From: a virus
Taxonomy: Duplodnaviria; Caudoviricetes
Strand: one strand, 5' to 3'
Length of the DNA stretch: 26,623 nucleotides
IMG/VR virus record: IMGVR_UViG_3300025769_000695
Coordinates: 1-26,623 of that record
The notes under the pieces are model-generated. The model was not told the DNA's origin, did not search any database, and saw only the letters and a program-made list of their open reading frames with translations. A program made the position numbers and the translations under genes. Below, piece by piece: positions 8,584 to 16,202 of the stretch (position 1 is its first letter; each line of letters begins with the position of its first letter).

Positions 8584-8843
8584 TTTATTAACTCCGCTAC
8601 TGTGTTTACTACTGCGCTTGAGCCTAAACCTGCTGCGGTGGCCCAGGCTATTACTTTTTGTTTAAATTTTTGCAGTTCTGCTATGTCAGTTTGATTTTTA
8701 GACACCCTTTTTACTAACCCTTCTTGGCCAAATTCATTACCAATAAGTGCTTCTTTGATTTCCTGTATATCTTTAGCCAAAATTTCAATCATGGTTTCCA
8801 ATTTATCAATATCAAGTTTAATTGCGTTTAGTTCCTTATCCAT
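8580..8843 (-). CDS. Coiled-coil protein with C-terminal hydrophobic segment (XhlA/holin-like)
   Basis: Heptad N-terminus, ALIGNEFGQEGLVKRV, hydrophobic tail; adjacent to the endolysin. Confidence 0.5.
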   Translation of the reverse strand: MDKELNAIKLDIDKLETMIEILAKDIQEIKEALIGNEFGQEGLVKRVSKNQTDIAELQKFKQKVIAWATAAGLGSSAVVNTVAELIK

Positions 8844-9201
8844 AATAGTGCCATAATACTTTTTCGGGTTTAGCCTTGTCCATATCTACGTGAATAAAAT
8901 CCTTGCCAATACCTATACGGTTAAACCCAACTGAAATTAGTGCATTTATTATTTTAAATCTAGTAACACTGTTGTCAGCTTTAATATCTACCGCCAGGCC
9001 TTTGGTATGCGAACTGCTTCCATCGCGGCCCTGCTCTATTTCGTAAATTTTGCTTCTAAAGCCCGATGTTAGAATAAATGGTACACCACTAAGATGTCGC
9101 GCACTATCTAGCAGCTCAAGAAAAATTTGGCTTAAATCATCCTTATTACATGGTGGATTACACTCTGCAAACTCACTATCTGTAAAATATCTAAGGGCCA
9201 T
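8836..9201 (-). CDS. Endolysin, peptidase M15 family (Zn)
   Basis: YFTDSEF.EC, TSGFR, SSHTKGLAVDI, RIGIG..FIHVD. Confidence 0.88.
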   Translation of the reverse strand: MALRYFTDSEFAECNPPCNKDDLSQIFLELLDSARHLSGVPFILTSGFRSKIYEIEQGRDGSSSHTKGLAVDIKADNSVTRFKIINALISVGFNRIGIGKDFIHVDMDKAKPEKVLWHYYG

Positions 9202-10585
9202 ACTGCTCCTTTAGTAATTTTACTTCTTCTTCAGTTAGCCCGCTTTCACCTTCCGGCATTAAGTTTACTGGTATATATCTATTATTGTCACCGATTGGCT
9301 CATAACCCATTTCGGTTCTTTTTTCATCAGCAGTAAGCCACCATGCTTTACTCAACCAATCCACCTTATCTGCATTATCCTGGTTAAGCGCGTCAATACT
9401 TTGTATATCGAAGTCCAGATGGTATTGCCTACCAGTTGCCCTATTAAATATTGGCACTAAACACCGATTAAGTTCTGCAAAATCCCTGCTAAGTTCCGGT
9501 ATCACATTATCCAAGTACAACTGCTTACGGCTTTGCTCTTTATTGGCATTGGTTTTGTTATCCGGGTCATTAAGTAATTCACTAGGGAAGTTATAAACAT
9601 TACATATATCGCGTTGCGACATTTTACCGGCTTCAATTATTTCCAAATCCACTGGTGGCATACCAAATTTTTCAAACCCAAGTTTCACACTGCTTACTAA
9701 CCAGGTTTTATAACTATCCGGTCCTTGCATTTGCCGCAGGTATTGTTCCAGTTGGCTACGCTGCATTGGTGTAAGTTGCTCTAAGTCCGGGTCTGTTGGA
9801 TACACAACACCACTAGCACCGCCATTTTTTAAAGCCTTGCTTAATGCCTGGTCACCATCGTTGCCCAACCGTATTGAACGGCGCGCCGCTTTTAAAGGGC
9901 TCATGCCGTATAAGTGTGAGCCTACTGCATCATAGTCAGGATTCCAGTATTTCCAGTGCATTACACTTTCAGCGCTTAACTTATGGCCATCATGGCCGTA
10001 CATATCAATTATGTAACCCTCAACCAAACTTTCATAAGTAGGGTTGGCAACTATTTTTGTGTACTGCGAAGGCATAACCCACATCTCCCCAAATGTGCCA
10101 TCGCCTAACTCTATAAAGTGCGTATAACCATTACCAGTAATTAGCTGAAAGCCCTTCATATTCTCGTACCACTCCGGGTAACCTTGTAGCGGGTTGGGCT
10201 TGTTTATAAGTTTGTATAATGGGTCGTTATAATCATCTACCTCTACAAACGCTTCATTCTTTAGGGTTAGCAGGTTATCCAATGTGGCTTGAGTTGCCTT
10301 TGTTCTTATTGCCCTGCTTAACTGCTTATACTTTAGTGCTTTTGTTTTGTTTTTTACAACATGCACTATTGGTGGCACTGCTGCCGCCGCCTTTGTAATA
10401 CCATTAACAACACTGTAAACATCGGGATTATATTCGTACCCATCATCTATATAAGCATATTGGGTATCATCTAGGCTAATTGGTAACCCGCGATGAAATC
10501 GAAATAATTGTTTGTTAAGTTCGTTTACAATTTTTGTTTGCGGCGCTTTTGTTTTGCTAAAAGGCAATAAATCTAGTAGGGTCAT
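9191..10585 (-). CDS. Portal protein, HK97 family
   Basis: 464 aa; KPNPLQ, ITGNGY, YGMSPL.AA, ICNVYNFP, LTADEKR..MGYEP. Confidence 0.92.
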   Translation of the reverse strand: MTLLDLLPFSKTKAPQTKIVNELNKQLFRFHRGLPISLDDTQYAYIDDGYEYNPDVYSVVNGITKAAAAVPPIVHVVKNKTKALKYKQLSRAIRTKATQATLDNLLTLKNEAFVEVDDYNDPLYKLINKPNPLQGYPEWYENMKGFQLITGNGYTHFIELGDGTFGEMWVMPSQYTKIVANPTYESLVEGYIIDMYGHDGHKLSAESVMHWKYWNPDYDAVGSHLYGMSPLKAARRSIRLGNDGDQALSKALKNGGASGVVYPTDPDLEQLTPMQRSQLEQYLRQMQGPDSYKTWLVSSVKLGFEKFGMPPVDLEIIEAGKMSQRDICNVYNFPSELLNDPDNKTNANKEQSRKQLYLDNVIPELSRDFAELNRCLVPIFNRATGRQYHLDFDIQSIDALNQDNADKVDWLSKAWWLTADEKRTEMGYEPIGDNNRYIPVNLMPEGESGLTEEEVKLLKEQYGP

Positions 10586-10642
10586 GCTGCGTAATTTTGG
10601 TTATAAAGAAATTAACAATTATTTACAACATTAGAAACATAC

Positions 10643-10676
10643 AAAAAAGCCAGTGACTTTTCACAGTCACTAGCTT
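10643..10676 (-). terminator. Rho-independent terminator closing the accessory operon
   Basis: AAGCTAGTGACT-GTGAAA-AGTCACTGGCTT followed by TTTT. Confidence 0.85.
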
Positions 10677-10705
10677 AAACAATACATAATGGAGTATGAA
10701 TCTAC

Positions 10706-11023
10706 TTACGTTAAAATAGAAAATAGCCTTCTATATTCCTTATCAAAATTTAAACGCTCTTTGTGGCTTTGCCGCATGTGTATTACAGTTGAGTGGTGTA
10801 AGTCTAACAACCGGGAAACTTCTATCATACTTATAGAAACCCAGTTTGCAAATAAACACCTATAACGCACGTGCTTTGTTTTTCTACTTTTAGCAAACAA
10901 TTCATCGTAGGTAATATCTAGAGTGCAACAAAATTTATACACATAGTTACTGTAATCTACAACTGGTAATTCACCGAGTTGTTGTTGATAACGATTAAAA
11001 GCATCTAGTGCCATGGTGTACAT
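10706..11023 (-). CDS. Stand-alone DnaA C-terminal (domain IV)-like HTH protein
   Basis: ITYDELFAKSRK.KHV..R and EVSRLLDLHHSTVIH resemble the DnaA domain IV RDHTTV helix. Confidence 0.7.
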   Translation of the reverse strand: MYTMALDAFNRYQQQLGELPVVDYSNYVYKFCCTLDITYDELFAKSRKTKHVRYRCLFANWVSISMIEVSRLLDLHHSTVIHMRQSHKERLNFDKEYRRLFSILT

Positions 11024-11024
11024 T

Positions 11025-11043
11025 ATTGCTCCTGCTTTAGTTT
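11025..11043. repeat. Left copy of a 19-bp direct repeat flanking the MT-A70 gene
   Basis: attgctcctgctttagttt; 18/19 identical to 11622-11640. Confidence 0.8.
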
Positions 11044-11056
11044 AGTTATGTGCCAT

Positions 11057-11623
11057 TTAAAGAGCGATACTAACCTCAACTTCGTCACCCCAAACATCCC
11101 AACCTTCTGTTGTTTGCCGAGCAAATAATTCAACTCTTGGCAAATCCCCACAAAGTTCAACTATTCTTTGCCTAACCTCATCAGGTTTTTTACTATGCTC
11201 TAATCTTTGGCTTTCGATATAAGCCCTAACATTATGTTTCTTTACAAGTTTGTGTGCATCCTTACCCTTTGTGGCAAGTAAACACAATTCAACTCCACTT
11301 TTCATAGTATATGCGCCCATGAAACAAACTTGTTTACCTTTCTTGGTTTTCTTTGCCCAAACAAAACCAACGGTCTTATATTCAAATCCCCAACTTTTTA
11401 TTACTTCAAGACATTTAGCCAAATGATAATCGGTTGTCCAAATAAAAAGTATTGCATTATTGTCAGCAATATCTTTTACCGGTAAATTCATTATTTCGAC
11501 TGAACTCATTACCGAGTAAGGGGGTCGCCTCATGCCTTTTATAGTGGTGCAATCTGGTTTAGCATTACTATCATTGTAATAACTCCACGCAGGGTCTGCA
11601 TATATTATTTGATATTTCTTCAT
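11057..11623 (-). CDS. MT-A70 family adenine methyltransferase
   Basis: YQIIYADPAW, LFIWTT, WGFEYKT.GFVWAK, ELCLLA.KG, HSKKPD, ELFAR...GWDVWG. Confidence 0.9.
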   Translation of the reverse strand: MKKYQIIYADPAWSYYNDSNAKPDCTTIKGMRRPPYSVMSSVEIMNLPVKDIADNNAILFIWTTDYHLAKCLEVIKSWGFEYKTVGFVWAKKTKKGKQVCFMGAYTMKSGVELCLLATKGKDAHKLVKKHNVRAYIESQRLEHSKKPDEVRQRIVELCGDLPRVELFARQTTEGWDVWGDEVEVSIAL

Positions 11624-11808
11624 TGCTCCTGCTTTTGTTTTTCCAACTGCAATTCTCTAACAGTTTGGAAGCTTGGGTTTTTTGCAGTACCGGCTCGCAA
11701 TCGATAAAATTTACCTGCATCCATTCTTAATTTTTTAGCCAGTGTTGGTATGTGTTGCGTGCCTAACCACACTCGGATTTCTTCTTCTTCTATATATGAT
11801 TGTAGCAT
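11620..11808 (-). CDS. Small Cro/XRE-like HTH protein
   Basis: 62 aa; LAKKL...YRLRAG..KNPSFQTV; GGAGG SD. Confidence 0.65.
   Translation of the reverse strand: MLQSYIEEEEIRVWLGTQHIPTLAKKLRMDAGKFYRLRAGTAKNPSFQTVRELQLEKQKQEQ
11622..11640. repeat. Right copy of the 19-bp direct repeat flanking the MT-A70 gene
   Basis: attgctcctgcttttgttt. Confidence 0.8.
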
Positions 11809-11809
11809 A

Positions 11810-12019
11810 TTATTCCTCCACCCAGGTTAGCTGAGCGCCGCTATACATTTTGCGCACCTCGTATGTGATACGGTCTGTAAATCCAATTTTACTTTCGCCC
11901 TCTAAACTAAAGTAAGTAAAGTTGTGATAGGCGTGTTGAAATTTTAAGTCCATTTCATAATAAGTAATGGGTTCACCTTTCCAGTCGGTCAGGTTTATAG
12001 TTTTAAGTGTTGCGTTCAT
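11810..12019 (-). CDS. Hypothetical protein
   Basis: 69 aa; ATGA overlap; tightly packed in the operon. Confidence 0.65.
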   Translation of the reverse strand: MNATLKTINLTDWKGEPITYYEMDLKFQHAYHNFTYFSLEGESKIGFTDRITYEVRKMYSGAQLTWVEE

Positions 12020-12240
12020 TGTTTTTTACGTTTAGTTATTGTTCTTATTAGTGTTGAATCTTTGTAGTTACTGCCGCACTCCTGGCACACATAGTCAAAA
12101 TCATGCTTCGCTTCTATCCAGTTATCTTCGGTATATAAGTAGTTGCAGCCATGGCAGTGTCTTATTTCTTCGTTTACATACCCAAAAGCAGTAAGTTCCT
12201 CTAGCCTATTCTCATCAATTATCATTACTGTATTGCACAT
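12016..12240 (-). CDS. Small Zn-ribbon protein
   Basis: CHGC...CQEC; ACAATACAATG leader. Confidence 0.65.
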   Translation of the reverse strand: MCNTVMIIDENRLEELTAFGYVNEEIRHCHGCNYLYTEDNWIEAKHDFDYVCQECGSNYKDSTLIRTITKRKKQ

Positions 12241-12255
12241 TGTATTGTAAGTTAT

Positions 12256-12273
12256 GGGCCGCCGGAGCGGCCC
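12256..12273 (-). promoter_or_regulatory. Intergenic cUNCGg tetraloop hairpin
   Basis: GGGCCGC-TCCG-GCGGCCC; no U tract; second copy at 19718-19735. Confidence 0.7.
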
Positions 12274-12283
12274 TAGTTAATGT

Positions 12284-12610
12284 TTAAAGTTGGCGCTCTC
12301 TTACTGCGAAGTACTCTCTATTGCCCACCTTGTTAATAATTTTATCAGCAAGCGCAGTGCCTGCATCATTAGTTGAGGTGCTATAAAAAATCCACCCATA
12401 GTAGCCATCTTTTTTGCACCCAACCTTCTTAGCAAACCGCCAGTCCTTACCTACATACTTTACGCAAACCCAGTTGGCATCTAGGTACTTCATTTCCGGG
12501 TCGGCTTGATGTTCCTGCACAATCTTATCTAATGATTTTCTAAGCATATATGCATCTATTTCAATACAGTATTTTTCTTGTTCTTTTGTCATTTTTTTGA
12601 ATTTTAGCAT
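12284..12610 (-). CDS. Hypothetical protein
   Basis: 108 aa; conserved AAACAATACAACAATG leader. Confidence 0.7.
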   Translation of the reverse strand: MLKFKKMTKEQEKYCIEIDAYMLRKSLDKIVQEHQADPEMKYLDANWVCVKYVGKDWRFAKKVGCKKDGYYGWIFYSTSTNDAGTALADKIINKVGNREYFAVRERQL

Positions 12611-12633
12611 TGTTGTATTGTTTTAGTTTAGGT

Positions 12634-12876
12634 TTATAATAAGTTTATTTTTGATAGTAGTTGGAAGTAGGCTTTTTCTCCTAAGTCACTATCAACTTCC
12701 CCTAGGAAGTATTCCTTAACTGAATCGTATGTTGGGAATGTTTCCTCATTCTCTACATATATGTACTTTTTATCATCAGATGCTTCTATAGTTAAAGTCC
12801 ATGCAACTGTACTTTCATATTCGTTAAAAATCACTTCTGATTCTATTATTGCTGAGTTAATTGTTATTTCGTTCAT
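12634..12876 (-). CDS. Small acidic hypothetical protein, first gene of the accessory operon
   Basis: 80 aa; about 17 D/E against 5 K and no R; conserved leader. Confidence 0.7.
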   Translation of the reverse strand: MNEITINSAIIESEVIFNEYESTVAWTLTIEASDDKKYIYVENEETFPTYDSVKEYFLGEVDSDLGEKAYFQLLSKINLL

Positions 12877-12910
12877 TGTTGTATTGTTTAGTTATTGTTA
12901 ATTCACAAGT

Positions 12911-12939
12911 AATCTAGTTATAAGAAAATTACCATGCAA
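12911..12939 (-). promoter_or_regulatory. Early-type promoter
   Basis: TTGCAT-N17-TAGATT with upstream A tracts. Confidence 0.65.
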
Positions 12940-13043
12940 ACTTTTTTTTAAACTTTTTTTTAATAAAGTTAAAAATAGGCCTTTTTGGGTATATAAAGCG
13001 CGTTTTTTTATAAAATTTTTTTTAGGAACGAGCGTTCCTTGCT

Positions 13044-14234
13044 TTAAACCAGGCTTATATCTAGTGTCTTTTTCTTTACCCTGGCCATTACTGCGTAACG
13101 CCCGGCATCTATTGCGTGGTTAAAATTATCCACTGGCTTGTTTGTAGGGCTACCGCTTCGGTCTTTGGCCCAAGTATAACTGCTAAACTCCTCGACTATA
13201 TTCTTGCTTTGCGCATGTATTTTTATCGGGTAATCTTGCAGCAGTTGTATGCCATACATTACACTATCTTTGCCCTTTTGTGCAGGCACTACCCACACAC
13301 CATTGTTACGCAGCTCGGCTATACTTTTTGGCTCGGCACTATCTGCCACTATATTATCCGTTATCCCTAAATCCTTTATTATTCTGCCAATACTTTGGTT
13401 GGTAAGCTGCTTCCGGTATATATGTTCGCGCCAGTATAACGCGCCGTGTGCGTAGCGTATTTCAACTAGGGCAGTTGGGTCATTGGTAAAACCCCAGTCT
13501 AAACCGTACACGCGCCATTTATAATTTTCGGGCCATTCGTTTACCGTTTCAAAGTCGGGGAACACCAGGCCCTCTAACCGGCCCACCTGGCCCATGCCAT
13601 ATACCATCCACCTAAATTGGTTGGCAGTACCCGCCTTAATGTTATCCGGTGTAGGCTCATAACTTTCAATCTTGGCACGTATTGTTGGTTGTATAAATGC
13701 GTTATCCCGGTAAGTACTAACAAACCAGTCCACATCTTCGCGGCCCTGCAATTTATCATGCGCCCAAAAAGCTGCACTAGGGTTGAAGTCTATAATAGTC
13801 TGCTGGGTAGTTCGCATACTAATCTGTTCAAATATCCCGTAGTCTATACCGTTGGCTTCATTAAAAAAACTATGGGTGCGTTTACCACTTCTAGCGTCTA
13901 TTTCATCGTTATAACTGTTAAACTCTATCTTAGAACCCGTAGAGAAAGTAAACACCCTATTGCTTTTATTGTGGTCTGTTAGTTCTTGCGTGAAAAAAGG
14001 GTCGTTATATATGATGTTCTGGGCATCCCTATAAGCACCTACCCTAAGGTTTGGAATGTCTTGCCCTACTACGGTTATAGTAAGGTCTTTCTTTTTACTG
14101 GCTATGCTTATAAGGTACTGTAGTATAGCATAAGTCTTTCCGCTTGATGTGCCGCCTTGATGTACTATATATGGCTTATCAGATTCTAGTGTCCAAAAGA
14201 ATAAATCATTTATCTGAATCTTGTGGCTTGACAT
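13044..14234 (-). CDS. terL: Terminase large subunit (PBSX/SPP1-like)
   Basis: QGGTSSGKT Walker A, FFNEAN Walker B, DFNP, GLDWGFTNDP, ADSAEPKSI, NHAIDA.RY; ATG at 14234. Confidence 0.95.
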   Translation of the reverse strand: MSSHKIQINDLFFWTLESDKPYIVHQGGTSSGKTYAILQYLISIASKKKDLTITVVGQDIPNLRVGAYRDAQNIIYNDPFFTQELTDHNKSNRVFTFSTGSKIEFNSYNDEIDARSGKRTHSFFNEANGIDYGIFEQISMRTTQQTIIDFNPSAAFWAHDKLQGREDVDWFVSTYRDNAFIQPTIRAKIESYEPTPDNIKAGTANQFRWMVYGMGQVGRLEGLVFPDFETVNEWPENYKWRVYGLDWGFTNDPTALVEIRYAHGALYWREHIYRKQLTNQSIGRIIKDLGITDNIVADSAEPKSIAELRNNGVWVVPAQKGKDSVMYGIQLLQDYPIKIHAQSKNIVEEFSSYTWAKDRSGSPTNKPVDNFNHAIDAGRYAVMARVKKKTLDISLV

Positions 14235-14583
14235 ACTCAAAAGTTACATTCGTAATTTTCTCACCTTCACTAGTGTGGTCGTGGTGCTGCATACTTAAAG
14301 CCTTCCTTTCTTCATCGGTACATATAAGCTTGTATAAAGCCAGTAACCCAGTTGGTGATGTACTTTTATGTAATTTAGAACGTATGCTTATCTTAGTACG
14401 TGCTTTATTTTTATCTAACTCTTCTTTTATAGCGTTTGATTCGTCTGATTCCAAAGGGAAATGCCTATAAAAAGTATCTTTACTAATACCTAAATAAGCA
14501 AGAACATCAGCCACAAAGAATAAGTTGTATTCTTTAATTACGCCAAGGGCATCTTTATATAAATCTTCAGTCTTATACGCCAT
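14206..14583 (-). CDS. terS: Terminase small subunit (putative)
   Basis: N-terminal HTH (AYLGISKDTFYRHF), C-terminal DHTSEGEKI; overlaps the terL start. Confidence 0.75.
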   Translation of the reverse strand: MAYKTEDLYKDALGVIKEYNLFFVADVLAYLGISKDTFYRHFPLESDESNAIKEELDKNKARTKISIRSKLHKSTSPTGLLALYKLICTDEERKALSMQHHDHTSEGEKITNVTFEYVKPQDSDK

Positions 14584-15667
14584 AGGGTTCACCGTTAATT
14601 TTTACTTCTAACGTATCATCTAGCTTGACCATTCGGTCTATTATAACTTGGCAGTATTTAGGGTCTAACTCCATACCGTAGCATTTACGTTTGAGTTGGT
14701 GTGATGCTACCATTGTTGAGCCACTTCCTAGAAACAAATCAATAGTGGTATTACATTTTTTATCTTTCAATATATCTACAATCAATGATATTGGCTTTGG
14801 AGTTGGGTGATAACCTTGCTCTGCTCTATTGTTTTCTCCACCCACATTGTTTACTGAATAGACAATCTGTTCGTGTCTTGTTTTATCATTGTGATAGCAA
14901 TACATTGTTTCAAAGTGTCCGGCTTGCCAACCGTTTGTTTTATGCCAAATGTGTTTTGAAGTTACCATTTCTGCAAATGGTGGAAATTGTAAATTATCCC
15001 AAAACCATATCATCAATCCATTGCAGTAGATTCTTGAATTGTTAAATGCACCCTCTATATTATTTATCATATCGTGCATTATTTCACTATTGTTCGGAAA
15101 TGGCGGGTCTGTAAATACCATGTCCGCTTTTTCTCCATTCATAAGTTTAGCCACTTGGTCGCTATCGGTACTATCTCCGCACAATAGTCGATGTGGGCCA
15201 ATCTCGATTAAATCGCCCAGCACTACATCAACCTTTATATCATCAGGTTCTTCATAATCATCCTCCTTTGCTTCTACTTCTTCAGCTTCTATATCCCCGA
15301 ATAGTTCTTCATTACTAAAACCCCAGTCAGTAAGTTCCTCAACCTCGAAATAATTAGCTAGGGCATCGTAATCCCAAGCACCCGTATTTTTATTAAGCCG
15401 AATGTTAAGTTCTCGTTCCTTATCACGGTCTAGTTCTACTTCTACACACGGAAAGGTATCCCACCCTAGGCTTTGTGCAGTCTTTAACCTTTGGTGTCCA
15501 CCTACTATAATATTTTTACGGTCTGGGTGTGTGTTTATAATAGCTGGGTCAACCGCCCCAAATCTTTGCAAGCTTGCTTTTAACTGTTCGGCCTGCTCAT
15601 TGCTTAGCTGCCTTGGGTTGTATTCAGCTGGTATCAGTTCGTTAATTTTTCGCTCAATTACTTTCAT
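14573..15667 (-). CDS. ParB-like N-terminal domain fused to an N4/N6 DNA methyltransferase
   Basis: ELIPAEYNPR, IVGGHQRL, HRLLCGDST, FTDPPF, HPTPKP, DLFLGSGST, GMELDPKY. Confidence 0.9.
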   Translation of the reverse strand: MKVIERKINELIPAEYNPRQLSNEQAEQLKASLQRFGAVDPAIINTHPDRKNIIVGGHQRLKTAQSLGWDTFPCVEVELDRDKERELNIRLNKNTGAWDYDALANYFEVEELTDWGFSNEELFGDIEAEEVEAKEDDYEEPDDIKVDVVLGDLIEIGPHRLLCGDSTDSDQVAKLMNGEKADMVFTDPPFPNNSEIMHDMINNIEGAFNNSRIYCNGLMIWFWDNLQFPPFAEMVTSKHIWHKTNGWQAGHFETMYCYHNDKTRHEQIVYSVNNVGGENNRAEQGYHPTPKPISLIVDILKDKKCNTTIDLFLGSGSTMVASHQLKRKCYGMELDPKYCQVIIDRMVKLDDTLEVKINGEPYGV

Positions 15668-16202
15668 TAAACCTTGTGTAATATTCTTGTTTTATTCTTT
15701 TAAAATAACTTTTAGCACCACCGGTTGCAAATAGCCCACTATCTATACTATTGCCATTAAGCATTTTAATTATTTGGTATTGCCTTTGTATTGTATCATT
15801 ATCAAACTGCTCCACTTTTTTACTACTATTAGTGTAAGTTATTGGCGCTGCTTTTATATAGTTTATGGCATTTATTTTATACCACTCATTAAAACACCTG
15901 GCCAGTGCGCTAATGTTATTGCCCTTGCGTGGCGCACGCTCGTACACTACATCTAGCATCCAGTCAGCATAAATTTTCTCAAACCTTACATCATCGGGGA
16001 AAATAATGTTGTTTACTGCTATGGTTTCATGTAAGCGCACCAGGTAGCTTAAACCCTCTTCCCTGCTATTTGGCAGCTCTTTCACTGCACCAATATCAGT
16101 ATGGAAGTCGTATAATAGGTTTAAAAGCGTTTTATCGTAGCCAAATTTTGCGTCTGCGGCGCGATAACGTTTTACATCTATCTTTGTGTATGCTATGTTC
16201 AT
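15654..16202 (-). CDS. Hypothetical protein downstream of the replication initiator
   Basis: 182 aa ORF closely coupled to both neighbours; no motif recognised. Confidence 0.6.
   Translation of the reverse strand: MNIAYTKIDVKRYRAADAKFGYDKTLLNLLYDFHTDIGAVKELPNSREEGLSYLVRLHETIAVNNIIFPDDVRFEKIYADWMLDVVYERAPRKGNNISALARCFNEWYKINAINYIKAAPITYTNSSKKVEQFDNDTIQRQYQIIKMLNGNSIDSGLFATGGAKSYFKRIKQEYYTRFNESN

Noticed and set aside
10689-10865. Plus-strand 58-codon ORF (MEYESTYVK...) behind a good leader
   Set aside because: Almost entirely antisense to the DnaA-C-like gene; the sister element at 8272 encodes only 3 codons, so an RNA-level role is preferred, though a gene is not excluded.
11045-11056. Micro-ORF ATG GCA CAT AAC TAA after the methylase
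   Set aside because: Four codons only; better explained as part of the insertion scar.
12238-12899. CRISPR array from the recurring cattgttgtattgtt motif
   Set aside because: Copies are separated by whole genes of unequal length and sit at start codons; no cas genes.
12940-13023. Long A/T homopolymer tracts here and at 20020-20100 as a separate repeat element
   Set aside because: Best explained as UP/bending elements of the two early promoters; homopolymer lengths may also be unreliable.
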